In this document: positions 31,268 through 40,894 of the stretch, in pieces
How the letters are laid out: each line of letters opens with the position of its first letter
Position numbering within the stretch: the stretch's first letter is position 1
Origin: Phycisphaerales bacterium
Lineage (GTDB): Bacteria; Planctomycetota; Phycisphaerae; WQYP01
NCBI GenBank assembly: GCA_027451365.1
Contig: DAIDJN010000054.1
Location: forward strand, 1-64,000
DNA: 64,000 bases
Reading direction: 5' to 3'
Translations under genes and position numbers: made by a program
The notes under the pieces: model-generated
Seen by the model: the letters and a program-made list of their open reading frames with translations, nothing else
Told to the model about the DNA's origin: nothing
The model's database searches: none

Positions 31268-31310
31268 TTTTGTGATCCCCTTTCAATCCACCGCCGAAGT
31301 GTAGCAATAA

Positions 31311-31366
31311 TGTCCAAAGATGTCCAGTCTATGGTTTAAAAGTCTAAGCTACGACAACATTGTCTA
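31311..31366. promoter_or_regulatory. helically phased WGTCYA direct repeats upstream of the Ehr operon
   Basis: TGTCCA at 31311 and 31321, AGTCTA at 31341, TGTCTA at 31361, all in 10-bp phase. Confidence 0.45.
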
Positions 31367-31603
31367 TATCGCCTAATATATGAAAAGTTGACATTTTACC
31401 GGTCTGGCGATCACTTGCGGTCGATGCGGTCAGAGAAATCTTAGGGCGATCAAAAAGGCAACGGGTTGACCGTCCTGATTATGCGCACAAACAAAATATT
31501 ATGCGCGCGCAAATGTGTTGTGTAAACCGATTTGTTTTGCTAAGATTCCCACCATCGCCAACGCACTTTAATTGACGCGAAATTCTTCGGCTGGAGGTTT
31601 TAT

Positions 31604-33001
31604 ATGGCAAAAACAGATTACTCCAACCCATTTGCGGCCGGACAGCCCGCGACCATCAGCTCGCCAAATGCTGGAAAGGTTCGATGGATAATCTGTTTTC
31701 TGCTTTTTTATGTCACTACTGTCAACTACATTGACCGTGGCGTAATCGGCATGGTTGAGCCTAAACTGGCGAGACTTTTCACATGGACACAGGCCGACTA
31801 TGGCAACATTATTGTTGTCTTCCAAATTGCGTATGCTCTTGGCCTGCTTCTGGCCGGACGTTTTATTGACTGGATTGGCGTGCGGTGGGGATTCGCCATT
31901 GCGGTCGCCATCTGGAGTCTGGCGGAAATGAGCCATGGGCTGTTGATTTACCTTCCGGTCAATTCAACCTGGGCGCATGCCGCATGGATTGTACAGTTGG
32001 GTGGCCTATCCATATTGGGTTTCGGTGTGGCGCGCTTTGTGCTGGGGTTTGCGGAATCCGCCAATTTTCCGGCCTGCATTCGCGCTGTGGCCGAATGGTT
32101 TCCTAAACGCCAGCGCGCCCTGGCCACCGGTTTGCTTAATTGCGGTGCCAATATCGGAGCCATCGCCACCCCGGTGCTGTTTACCTATATTCTTCCGGCA
32201 TTGAAACTCAACTGGTCAGCGGGCTTTTATGCGACCGGCCTATTGGAATTTGCCTGGATCGCGGTTTGGATATTCTTCTACCGGTCGCCGCGGAACCATT
32301 CCATGGTATCGCCTGCGGAGCTGGCGTTTATTGAAAGTGAACCAGATCCGCCCTCGCAAAAAGTCAGTTGGGCCGAATTGCTCCGCCACCGGCAGACCTG
32401 GGCGTTTGTGGTGGTGAAATTCATGACGGATCCAATCTGGTGGTTCTGGCTGTTCTGGATTCCCGATTTTCTTCACAGCCAGTACAAGCTCAACATCACT
32501 TCGTTCGGGCCGGCGGTGATTGTTATTTATTCCATGACAACCGTCGGCAGTATTTTTGGTGGCTGGCTTTCCGGCTTTTTCATGCGTCGCGGCATGACCG
32601 TCAACAAAGCCCGCAAGCTGACCATGCTGGCCATGGCCTGTTGTGTGCCGCCGGTTATTCTGGTGGAATTTATTCCCGGCCAGAAATACCTCTGGCTGGT
32701 GGTGTTTTTGATCGGACTGGCGGCATCGGCGCATCAGGGCTTTTCCGCCAACATTTTTACGGTCGCCTCGGATGTGGTTCCGCGATTTGCCGTTGGCACG
32801 CTGGTGGGTCTGGGCGGAATGGCCGGCGCGATCGGTGGAATTATTCTGGCGTGGCTGGTAGGACATATTCTTACCTGGACGCATAACAACTACACCATTC
32901 CGTTTGTCATTGCAGGATCCTCTTACCTGGTGGCGATGGGGATTATGCAGCTTATTATGCCGCGGCTGGCGCCAATTACACTGAAAACCGCAAACCCTTG
33001 A
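31604..33001 (+). CDS. exuT: MFS hexuronate transporter (ExuT-like)
   Basis: NYIDR, GRFIDWIGVR, AEWFPKRQRALATG, DPIWWF, AHQGFSAN motifs. Confidence 0.85.
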   Translation: MAKTDYSNPFAAGQPATISSPNAGKVRWIICFLLFYVTTVNYIDRGVIGMVEPKLARLFTWTQADYGNIIVVFQIAYALGLLLAGRFIDWIGVRWGFAIAVAIWSLAEMSHGLLIYLPVNSTWAHAAWIVQLGGLSILGFGVARFVLGFAESANFPACIRAVAEWFPKRQRALATGLLNCGANIGAIATPVLFTYILPALKLNWSAGFYATGLLEFAWIAVWIFFYRSPRNHSMVSPAELAFIESEPDPPSQKVSWAELLRHRQTWAFVVVKFMTDPIWWFWLFWIPDFLHSQYKLNITSFGPAVIVIYSMTTVGSIFGGWLSGFFMRRGMTVNKARKLTMLAMACCVPPVILVEFIPGQKYLWLVVFLIGLAASAHQGFSANIFTVASDVVPRFAVGTLVGLGGMAGAIGGIILAWLVGHILTWTHNNYTIPFVIAGSSYLVAMGIMQLIMPRLAPITLKTANP

Positions 33002-33095
33002 AAAAAGCCAGTTGCCGGAATATTGGCGTTGCCATTACCATGCTGGCGGTACCACCGCTGGTGATTGGGCCAGTGGCCTTGTCCGGATATGCTTT

Positions 33096-34742
33096 ATGCC
33101 GATAGCCATCCATTGGAGCGCGCGCCGCTGGATATTGACGCTTGTCGGACTTTTATGGTTCTGTGTGCTGGCATGGGCGATGCTGGAAATGTTCACGCCG
33201 CACTATCGGGTATCGCCCGCGACCACGTTTGTTACCGGGCCATTGAACCGGGATGGGACTGTGAATTTTGCCGCGGCAATCAATGCCGCCAATTCGCAAG
33301 GCGTGGCGCCGCAAGACAATGCCGCGGTTGCTCTATTGAAAATTCTTGGGGCCCATGTACTGTTGGGCACCGCGCCGGCCCGCACCGCGGGGCTGGCGGC
33401 CATGGGAATTTCAAAGCTGCCGCAGACCGGCGCATTTACCAGTTTCAGTGATTACCTGATGGCCGCTGATTTCGGACTGCCGGCCCATCAGCCCAGGCCG
33501 GCAACCGCAATAGAGCGCATGCGACTGCGCTATCAAATGAATGCCGCAATAAATGAACACATATATCGCTATGACAACATAAATAAACCCTGGAAGCCGG
33601 TGGAACACCCGTGGGTGGCGCGGTGGTTAAAATCCCAGCAGCGGGTCATAAAGATGGTGCGGGCGGCCGCGGACTTGCCCCGGTATTTTTCGCCGTTTCT
33701 CCGGAGCCGAAACGGGATGCTGATTTACCTGATGCCACCCGCAAATGTGGAACTGTTGCGCGATATGCTGCGGATGGACGCACTTGAAAAAATGGGAACT
33801 GGTAAATCCGCCAGCGCATGGCGGGACATAGAGGCAATCCGTCAACTGGGTGTCCTGGTTCGGCAGCAACGGCCTACCTTGATTGACCTGCTCATTTCGC
33901 TAAGTGGCCAAGCCGAAGCGGACGAACTGATTGCCAAACTGGCCGCCACCGGCATTTCATCTGAACACCAGTTGCGGGCCTATCTGGCAGAAAGTAAAAA
34001 ATGGCCAATCGCCGGCGGCCTTCGAGCCTCCATTAACTTTGGTGACCGTCTGACGGAACTGAACTTCATTCAAGGCCTGTTCGAGCACCAGAATCTTATA
34101 GCCGCACGCCAACATGGCTTCCGCGGGTTTATTCCTTTGCACTTTGGCCAGGGCATGGCGCAATACAATCGCTGGATCAATCAGTTTGTGGCCGCCCTGC
34201 GCCCCGCGGCTTACGCAGTGCGGCGACGGGCAATCATGAATCAAACCACGCGCATTATCGGCGAATCGCCGCGTGGCTGGCGCGGTATTCTGATTCGTCT
34301 TAACGTGCTTCATGACATGCTGACACAAATGATGCCCGATTTTTCACAGGCTTTGCGCATTGAATATGCGGTTCGCGCTCGCCAGGCGCTCTCGCGGGTT
34401 GCCCTGGCGCTCGCCGCTTACAGCCGCAAACATGGCGGCTATCCGGTCACCCTTTCCCGACTGGTTCCGCACTTTTTCACCGTGATTCCGGCGGATCCGT
34501 TTACCGGTCGCCCGCTGCATTATACGGCCGACAAAGCGGGGTATTTGCTGTACAGTATCGGCCCGAATCTGCGGGACGACCACGGATTTCGTGCACCGCA
34601 GACCTATCCACCCAATCCGGACGCACCGGATGATATTGCCGTTCATGTACACTGGCACGTGGTGCCGCAGGCCAGACCCAATGGCAAATCGGCACGTTTG
34701 CCGGCGCATTCAGGGCAATCGCGTGCAGAATCAAGCAAGTAA
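33096..34742 (+). CDS. membrane-anchored hypothetical protein with GspG-like C-terminal motif
   Basis: N-terminal TM helix; SPATTFVTGPLNRDGTVNF; C-terminal GYP..L..LVP......DPFTG.PLHY......LYSIGPN..DD.G. Confidence 0.65.
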   Translation: MPIAIHWSARRWILTLVGLLWFCVLAWAMLEMFTPHYRVSPATTFVTGPLNRDGTVNFAAAINAANSQGVAPQDNAAVALLKILGAHVLLGTAPARTAGLAAMGISKLPQTGAFTSFSDYLMAADFGLPAHQPRPATAIERMRLRYQMNAAINEHIYRYDNINKPWKPVEHPWVARWLKSQQRVIKMVRAAADLPRYFSPFLRSRNGMLIYLMPPANVELLRDMLRMDALEKMGTGKSASAWRDIEAIRQLGVLVRQQRPTLIDLLISLSGQAEADELIAKLAATGISSEHQLRAYLAESKKWPIAGGLRASINFGDRLTELNFIQGLFEHQNLIAARQHGFRGFIPLHFGQGMAQYNRWINQFVAALRPAAYAVRRRAIMNQTTRIIGESPRGWRGILIRLNVLHDMLTQMMPDFSQALRIEYAVRARQALSRVALALAAYSRKHGGYPVTLSRLVPHFFTVIPADPFTGRPLHYTADKAGYLLYSIGPNLRDDHGFRAPQTYPPNPDAPDDIAVHVHWHVVPQARPNGKSARLPAHSGQSRAESSK

Positions 34743-34909
34743 GGTTTGAAGCAGGTAGCTCATACTTTGGCCGCAACGCTTGCGTTTGCGCCGGAGGTTT
34801 ATTGCATTCGTGCTGTTTTCCCTGTGGTGCCGGTTGTGGGCAAACCTGCGTAGCCGACTGAAGTTTTCAGCCCCATACCCCCGCCCCAGATCATGGTACA
34901 TTGTTCTTC

Positions 34910-35086
34910 ATGCCTCGCACCGCTCGCATTGTTATCCCGGGAATACCCCATCACGTGACGCAGCTTGGAAATAGCCGTCAAGCGGCTTTTTGCGTCAATG
35001 ATGATCGCCGTGCTTGCCTCAAACTTGTCAGGCGACGACTGTGGGCACTGCCGCCCGGCAGGCACGAAAAAGATACAACATGCTGA
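34910..35086 (+). pseudogene. internally deleted REP-associated tyrosine transposase (RAYT) relic
   Basis: MPRTARIVIPGIPHHVTQLGNSRQ..F...DDR is the RAYT N-terminus, fused directly to the C-terminal RRLxxLPPGR. The HUH/Tyr core is missing. Confidence 0.8.
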
Positions 35087-35130
35087 TCCGAAAGAGCATC
35101 GCGCAGCGCACACGCCGGATTTAACAGGCG
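35021..35130 (+). repeat. 110-bp direct repeat, copy 1 (RAYT 3' end plus downstream tail)
   Basis: Ungapped match to 40682..40791 with 11 mismatches by hand count. Confidence 0.92.
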
Positions 35131-35276
35131 GCTGCCCATTGTATCAGTACAACCTACCCCCATCATTGCCTGTCATCCGATCCGTTATCAGCGTCTCAAA
35201 TCTCAGTTATTATGAATATTAACCGAATCACAATCCGCTGGGCCGGGACATTATTCCAATAAAAGTGCCGCATCAT

Positions 35277-36419
35277 TTATTTCTCCTTTCCTTTTACTCG
35301 GCACCCCAATCCAGCCGCCGAGTAAATGACCGAAAGTGCATTTGAGCAGGTATCAAATGAGTCACAATCGTCGCCGTCCGGGAACCATTCCCCCGGCGAG
35401 TAGGTGGCGAGCAGGCTTTGCGCAATCGGCAACGCATCATCGTGCGATCCGTTCTTCATGGCATCCTTAAGTCCGGCCAGCCAAACCTCCATCTTATTAA
35501 AACCATCGCCAAGAATGATTGTGGCGACCGTCCGGTTGCGGCTATTTGCAAGATATTCGTCCGGATGTCGACGGAGAAAGGCCGCCGCGTGCCAAAACAT
35601 TGCTTGGGGCACCTCACCGCAAAATTCGCCAAAATTAGAATCTAGGATCGGAAGTGCAGTGCGCAAATCCATTTCGAATAGCTGGGACCATTCGTGGCAC
35701 GCCTCGACAATTCGGCCCTCAATGGCATATATCGCGCCCAAACCCCAATGCCCGGCGCCGAAGAGAGGGTCCTCCTCTACCGCCTCTTTAATCGTCTTCA
35801 ACGCGTGCATTTTGTGACCGTTCATAAGAGCCTTTGCGCCGATAATCGCCGCCATTGAAGGCATCACCACGGTTGGGCGGGCGGTGATCGGTGAGCGACC
35901 AGCTCCCAAGGTCCAGGAACGCGATCGCAATAGCTCCGCGCGGGCCCCATCTGTTAATATGCCATCCACGTTCTCCAGCAATTGTCGCGATCGGCTAAAA
36001 AGCGTTTGTGACTTTTTTATCTCATCAATTTCACTCGAGCAATCAAGACTCCAAGCGTCCAAATATGCCGCAAGCAGGCGAATGACCCCGGCGAAAGATC
36101 GCCCGAGCGAAGCCCGCATGCCCCCTTCGTATTCCGTCTGCACCCACACAGTCGGATCGGTCAATCGGAGGGGAAGTCGGAGGCAAATCTGGTCACCGGT
36201 GGCAAGATAAATTATCGGTAGAAGGTCCGGATCAGCTGCGCGATTCCACCAGTTCTCGGCGTCCTCAGGCGTGGCAAGATACAATTTAGTATCCAAGCCA
36301 TCCGATTTCCAATCCGAGGTAAACTTCCACTTCTCCAATTCCTCGTACAACGGAAAAAAATCAGCCGGGAATTTAAATTTGTACCTTTCCTCTAGGGCTA
36401 GCCAATCGGTTATGTTCAT
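35277..36419 (-). CDS. SMI1/KNR4 (SUKH)-like immunity protein with TPR-like C-terminus
   Basis: LEERYKFKFPADF, LLPII....GDQICL, SFAG motifs; directly downstream of an Rhs nuclease tip. Confidence 0.7.
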   Translation of the reverse strand: MNITDWLALEERYKFKFPADFFPLYEELEKWKFTSDWKSDGLDTKLYLATPEDAENWWNRAADPDLLPIIYLATGDQICLRLPLRLTDPTVWVQTEYEGGMRASLGRSFAGVIRLLAAYLDAWSLDCSSEIDEIKKSQTLFSRSRQLLENVDGILTDGARAELLRSRSWTLGAGRSPITARPTVVMPSMAAIIGAKALMNGHKMHALKTIKEAVEEDPLFGAGHWGLGAIYAIEGRIVEACHEWSQLFEMDLRTALPILDSNFGEFCGEVPQAMFWHAAAFLRRHPDEYLANSRNRTVATIILGDGFNKMEVWLAGLKDAMKNGSHDDALPIAQSLLATYSPGEWFPDGDDCDSFDTCSNALSVIYSAAGLGCRVKGKEK

Positions 36420-36563
36420 GGGAATAAATGTCCTCTTTGTCACTTGATGGAGCCGCCGGAACTCAAACCGCCGCCAAGGTAGTCTCACAGACGGGATATA
36501 TTTTTATTATTTTGGCACCTCCTCAATAAATAGCCCCACATCTTCCGCTGGAAGTTAGTCCGC

Positions 36564-37535
36564 CTAAGGGATTGGAGGGGGCTTCGTTTCTAAAAAAAAC
36601 TCAATATCTGTTGATCCTGCGTCGATGCCGTCGACGGCCTTCCCCAGAACACCTTCAGACTGCTGGGCTGCGATATCCGCCTGCTGCGCGTTTGACGCGG
36701 CGTCCTCATATTGAACGAATTGATCCTCGGTCAGATTCTCAGTCCCCGGAATCTGCCCGGAGCCCGCAATGGCCTGGGCCGCCGCGCCAGACTGCCCCCC
36801 TCCGGCTATCTCGCTCCCCGCGTTGTTGAAGGTATTCAACATTTGCTTGAAATCTGGGCTTGGGTCGGTCACCTGTTTAAACACGGACCGCAGAAAATTG
36901 CGGATATCCGGGTCATCAGATTTCAAGACGTCATCTGCGATCGCCTTGGCGTCTTCTTCGCTGAACTCTTTGCACTTCGGGTCGACCTGCGGATGATCTT
37001 TAAGCCATTTCTGAATGAGCTTGCGTACGGCCTTGGTGTAATCCGAATGCTCCGTTGAATTTCCGTGACGAGGAGTTGTGCTGCCCGTGACGAACTTTTT
37101 GAAAAACTTATAGCCGGGAGAATCGGAATTGAAGAGATTTGGCTCATTATAGATCTTGCCGGGTATGATGTGATGACCAAATGCCAGCCCGCTCGGATCC
37201 ACCGAATCCACCGGACCGCTGCCCACAAACCGATGCGTATTGGCCCCATTGACATAGGAAAGCGGATCCTGCGAAATCCATGTCCCCAAACCTGGCAAAT
37301 AATTCCGGAAGCGTTCGTCATACAGCCCCGTCACCGCATCCAGCGTCATGCCTTGATAAAGGTTGATTACCACAGGCTGCGTACCGGCGGGTGGCGTTGA
37401 CCAATCGGCGTTCAATACGGTGATCGAACCGTAAGGCGAATAGACATAGCGTTGCGTAACGCCCCAACTACCGGCCGTGCTGTTGAATCCAACAACGGCG
37501 GTGGTATTCCAATTCGCATCCTGCAGGTAATAGAC
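36564..37535 (-). pseudogene. orphan Rhs core fragment with AHH-like nuclease toxin tip
   Basis: YYLQDANWN, RYVYSPYG, YQGMTLDAVTGLY, QDP....G.N, DPSGL cleavage motif, then GHHIIP...H....H..Y. No plausible native start. Confidence 0.8.
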
Positions 37536-37640
37536 AGGCAATTCCGGAGATGGAAATTGGGAATCGGAAAGGTAAAACCGGTCTTCGCCACGACGACACA
37601 AAGACGCAATGCGGTTAATGGCGGATTTTCGATGGTTGAA

Positions 37641-37706
37641 ATTCTCACAGGAGGTATTGGAGGAACTGGATGTATCGCGAGGACGACGGGCAGACAGGAT
37701 GTCCGC
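37641..37706. repeat. 66-bp repeat copy A ending in a REP-like palindrome
   Basis: Matches 40143..40208 at 61/66 positions; ends in GCAGAC-AGGAT-GTCCGC. Confidence 0.9.
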
Positions 37707-37995
37707 ACCACAATTCTGCCGCCGGGGGCTTTGGCTGGCAAGCAAGCATTCCGAAAACATTTCGTCAGGTGCAACCAAACGCGCGATCCCTTTTCAAGCT
37801 GTTCCAACTTGGATTATACCCTTGCTCAAATTCGCGGTAAATTCGTGCCACGGCATAAGGCTCCGATTTTGCTCCGCCTTTCGCCATATTTCAATTTTGT
37901 CAAGACGCTTTCCGATCATCCGAACGTGCTTTATCTTAGAAATCTGCGGTCCTACAATTGCCGGGCCGGGGCAGCCACAACGCGTCTCCTGGTAA

Positions 37996-38757
37996 TCAGC
38001 TGCGCTTTCCAAACCTGTGCGCATCCGCCCAGAAAAGGACAGCCCCAAGACCCGCAGCCAAACCGGGTACCGCGAACAGCGGAACGGGTACCCTCGCAAA
38101 AAAGGCCACGTACAGCACAATTGCCACCGCCGATGCAGTCCCCGCCAAAAACGCGTAAATCCCTATGTCACCCATTTTCCCGGTCCTTAGGCGGTATGTG
38201 ACTATCCCCCAGGGCCCACCGGCCACAGACACAATCAGAAACATTGGCACGCCAGCCCGGTCCGTCACAAAGCGAGCCGTGAAGAATGCTGCCGCGGCTC
38301 CGACCAGGCAGCCCACCGCGCCAGATAAAACCAGAATCGCCTTTAATTCCGCAACCCACCACCAACGATTCAAAAAGCGAATGATGCGAATTTGCGATCC
38401 GGGCACCAGCAGTCTTATTCCGGAATAAGATTTGGTCACGTCTTTTGCCCCAAGATGAAATCGGCCGACAGGCAACTTCGCTTGCAGCGGTTCTGATACT
38501 CCCAGTACATCAATCGCATCGATCCTGGCCAGCGGCCACTCAAGCGTGGTGCCATAACGATGCGCGACAGAACAGGTTATAATTTTTCCCGGCTGATCGG
38601 CGACCAATCTGTGGACAATCCCCAAGGAAACAACCGCACCCGATACCAGAAGGAGAGCAACGGGCAGGTAGGCCCAAAGGCCAGCGCTTATTCGTACACA
38701 GGCGACACTCATTATCCGCTCGTCCGCCGATTCCGTCTGCTGCTTTGCCATTGCCAA
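37996..38757 (-). CDS. hypothetical membrane protein (candidate immunity)
   Basis: Several TM segments; lies inside the Rhs island. Confidence 0.55.
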   Translation of the reverse strand: MAMAKQQTESADERIMSVACVRISAGLWAYLPVALLLVSGAVVSLGIVHRLVADQPGKIITCSVAHRYGTTLEWPLARIDAIDVLGVSEPLQAKLPVGRFHLGAKDVTKSYSGIRLLVPGSQIRIIRFLNRWWWVAELKAILVLSGAVGCLVGAAAAFFTARFVTDRAGVPMFLIVSVAGGPWGIVTYRLRTGKMGDIGIYAFLAGTASAVAIVLYVAFFARVPVPLFAVPGLAAGLGAVLFWADAHRFGKRS

Positions 38758-38785
38758 CTCCGCAGTGGGGTTTCACAAGTCTCAC

Positions 38786-39154
38786 TCAACTGAAATAGAG
38801 GCCGGAACCGATTGCCCAAGCCGGCCCAGCGACCCGCACAAAACAGAGCATTAATAGAAAAGCCGCCACAATATGCCATGCCATCCAGGAAACGGCGGCC
38901 CCCTTCGCGGCACTTCCTCGAGTCAGAAGCGTCGCCGCCAATTCGACCGCTTCGCAGGTCGCGAGCACCGCGACGGCACCAACAATTGCCGCCACGACGC
39001 ATAACAGTTTCTGCGAGAAGGCACCCGGATCTACGCCGTCGCCGCCAAGGATTCCTATAACGGAAGCTTCGGAAAGAAAAAAGGCCCCGGCCTCAATCCA
39101 AAAGACCGACCGTTGGCTAGTGAGACACTTACGCGGCAGGCTGAAAGTTATCAT
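38786..39154 (-). CDS. small hypothetical membrane protein (candidate immunity)
   Basis: About 3 TM segments; first ORF after the Rhs tip at 39267. Confidence 0.5.
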   Translation of the reverse strand: MITFSLPRKCLTSQRSVFWIEAGAFFLSEASVIGILGGDGVDPGAFSQKLLCVVAAIVGAVAVLATCEAVELAATLLTRGSAAKGAAVSWMAWHIVAAFLLMLCFVRVAGPAWAIGSGLYFS

Positions 39155-39266
39155 CGTGCTAAGCCTTTCTACTAAGGCCCCGACCGGGCCAAATAAAGAT
39201 GTCCTTAAACCCTCAGCGTTGCGTCAAGATCCCCTCGCCCGCTGGTGGCAGTCCGCTGAAAGTAGC

Positions 39267-40150
39267 TCAATAAAATGATTCATCGACCAAGTTGACGTCC
39301 GCCGTATAGCCGCCGAAGGTCCCAGCAGGAGCAACATTCAGCCTCCACTCTGTTCCACCGGGTTGGGAACGGAGTATGGACGCGGGCTGGCCATTTGGCC
39401 CGATGTATGCGATGGGGAGGACTGAATTCGGATCTTCTGGCGCGGCGGAGCTGCATGCGAAGAGGTCCATCAACGCAATGCCGTATGATATATAGCGATC
39501 AGGAGCAACCAGCATGGTTCGCGCGGGATTGCCGGGTGCCAGGTAGCCGTCGCTGGCACCGTGGCCGAAATAATAGAACTTAAGAAGATCCTTCGCGGCG
39601 GAATATTTGTTCAAATCCGAAACGATGCTTTTGTCAGTAGCCGCCCCGTCGAACGAGACCATATATCCCGCAGCTTTCGCCAAACTCTGTTCGGCAAAAG
39701 CTTTGCTTAGGAACAGGCCAGCTATCGACCAATAAAGATCAAAACCAGACAACTGATGCCCCAATTCGTCGCGAGTGAGGCTCCACCCGACGTCGATGAC
39801 GACAGTGTTTGGGACATAATAATCGCAGCCGTGTGCAGGAGTTGCCCATTTTTTTATTTCAGCGGGGTTGAGGTGCAGCATCTCCGCCAGGGCTATTGGC
39901 GTATCGCCTTTTTGCCATTTCGCAAGCGCCGTCGCGCCACCCTTGCGATCTATCAGCCAAGCGCCCCCCGCATCCACCGCCCCCACCGGTCCACTCTTCA
40001 CATAGCCATACAAATTTATTCCGCCGTCATACCCGATCGGATCACGCTGTGCCCAACGGCCAAGAACGGCGTTGTATGTCCGATTGCGGACGTAATAAAG
40101 CTGCGATTCAGGATCAGAGCGGTAGCCGCAGTAGATTATTTCATTCCCAC
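39267..40150 (-). pseudogene. orphan Rhs core fragment with LysM-like and caspase-clan (HG...C) peptidase-like tip
   Basis: GNEIIYCGYRSDPESQLYYVRNRTY....GRW..RDPIGYDGGINLYGY....P....D..G, then GDT....A.......I..W, YYFGHG and LFACSS. Confidence 0.75.
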
Positions 40151-40208
40151 AGGAGGTATTGGAGGAAATGGAAGTATCGCGAGGACGACGGGCAGACAAG
40201 ATGTCTGC
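40143..40208. repeat. 66-bp repeat copy B ending in a REP-like palindrome
   Basis: Ends in the perfect-stem palindrome GCAGAC-AAGAT-GTCTGC; abuts the Rhs core remnant. Confidence 0.9.
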
Positions 40209-40559
40209 GGTCCGGTGACCAGGAGATTTATTAGTTTGCTCAGATTTCCAGCCCGGGCGGCCGCAACTTCGCGGCTTGGTGCCGTGGTGGTGGTCAAATT
40301 GTTTATCCAGTGCGACCATAAATTGCCTTGAGAAAGGCCGACCTTGCTTTGGTGCCTAAATCATAACGTCGCCAGTTGCTGTGTGCCAAGCCAATGCACG
40401 TTCCTTGCCGTCTATTATCCGATATCGTCCGCTCACCGCCCATCCTTTTCCTGATACCATTTCCGCCGTTGCCACCACCCTTGCGAAGCGGCCGGTGGGA
40501 GCCAGGCGATGCCACCGAGCTTTCCGAATGATTTAATCAGTGCCACCGGATTCAGGCCG

Positions 40560-40747
40560 TCCCCGGAGGTGTGGCGGGCTTTCCTCCGGCAAGCCGACGG
40601 TCCAAGGGACATCACCACCCTTCGCCGTGCCACACAAACGGCAGGCCGCTGGCCGCCGACCGCGCCATATACAAATTCGAGAAACTGGTCGGGCGACGTC
40701 TGCGGACACTGCCGCCTGGCAGGCACGAAAAAGATACAACATGCTGA
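40560..40747 (+). pseudogene. frameshifted C-terminal RAYT transposase relic
   Basis: WRAFLRQAD....TLRRAT, then after a frameshift NGRPLAADRAIYKFEKLVGRRLRTLPPGR, matching the RAYT C-terminal TGRPLG..F...E...GR.L motif. Confidence 0.72.
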
Positions 40748-40791
40748 TCCGAAAGAGCACCGCGAAGCGCACACCCCGGATTTATCGGGCG
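40682..40791 (+). repeat. 110-bp direct repeat, copy 2
   Basis: Matches 35021..35130 at ~90% identity. Confidence 0.92.
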
Positions 40792-40894
40792 ACTGTCTCT
40801 GGTAACCATAATATCCGGATACGCTCTGGCCACTTGACCGGCTAAGCCGCATCAGGGCCAGTAAAACCGTCATTGCAGAATTGCCGCTATAGGT

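Noticed and set aside
37536..37778. N-terminal extensions of the ORF-track calls 36564..37778 and 39267..40319
   Set aside because: They are read-through of the non-coding 66-bp repeat and filler DNA, with no SD and no Rhs similarity.
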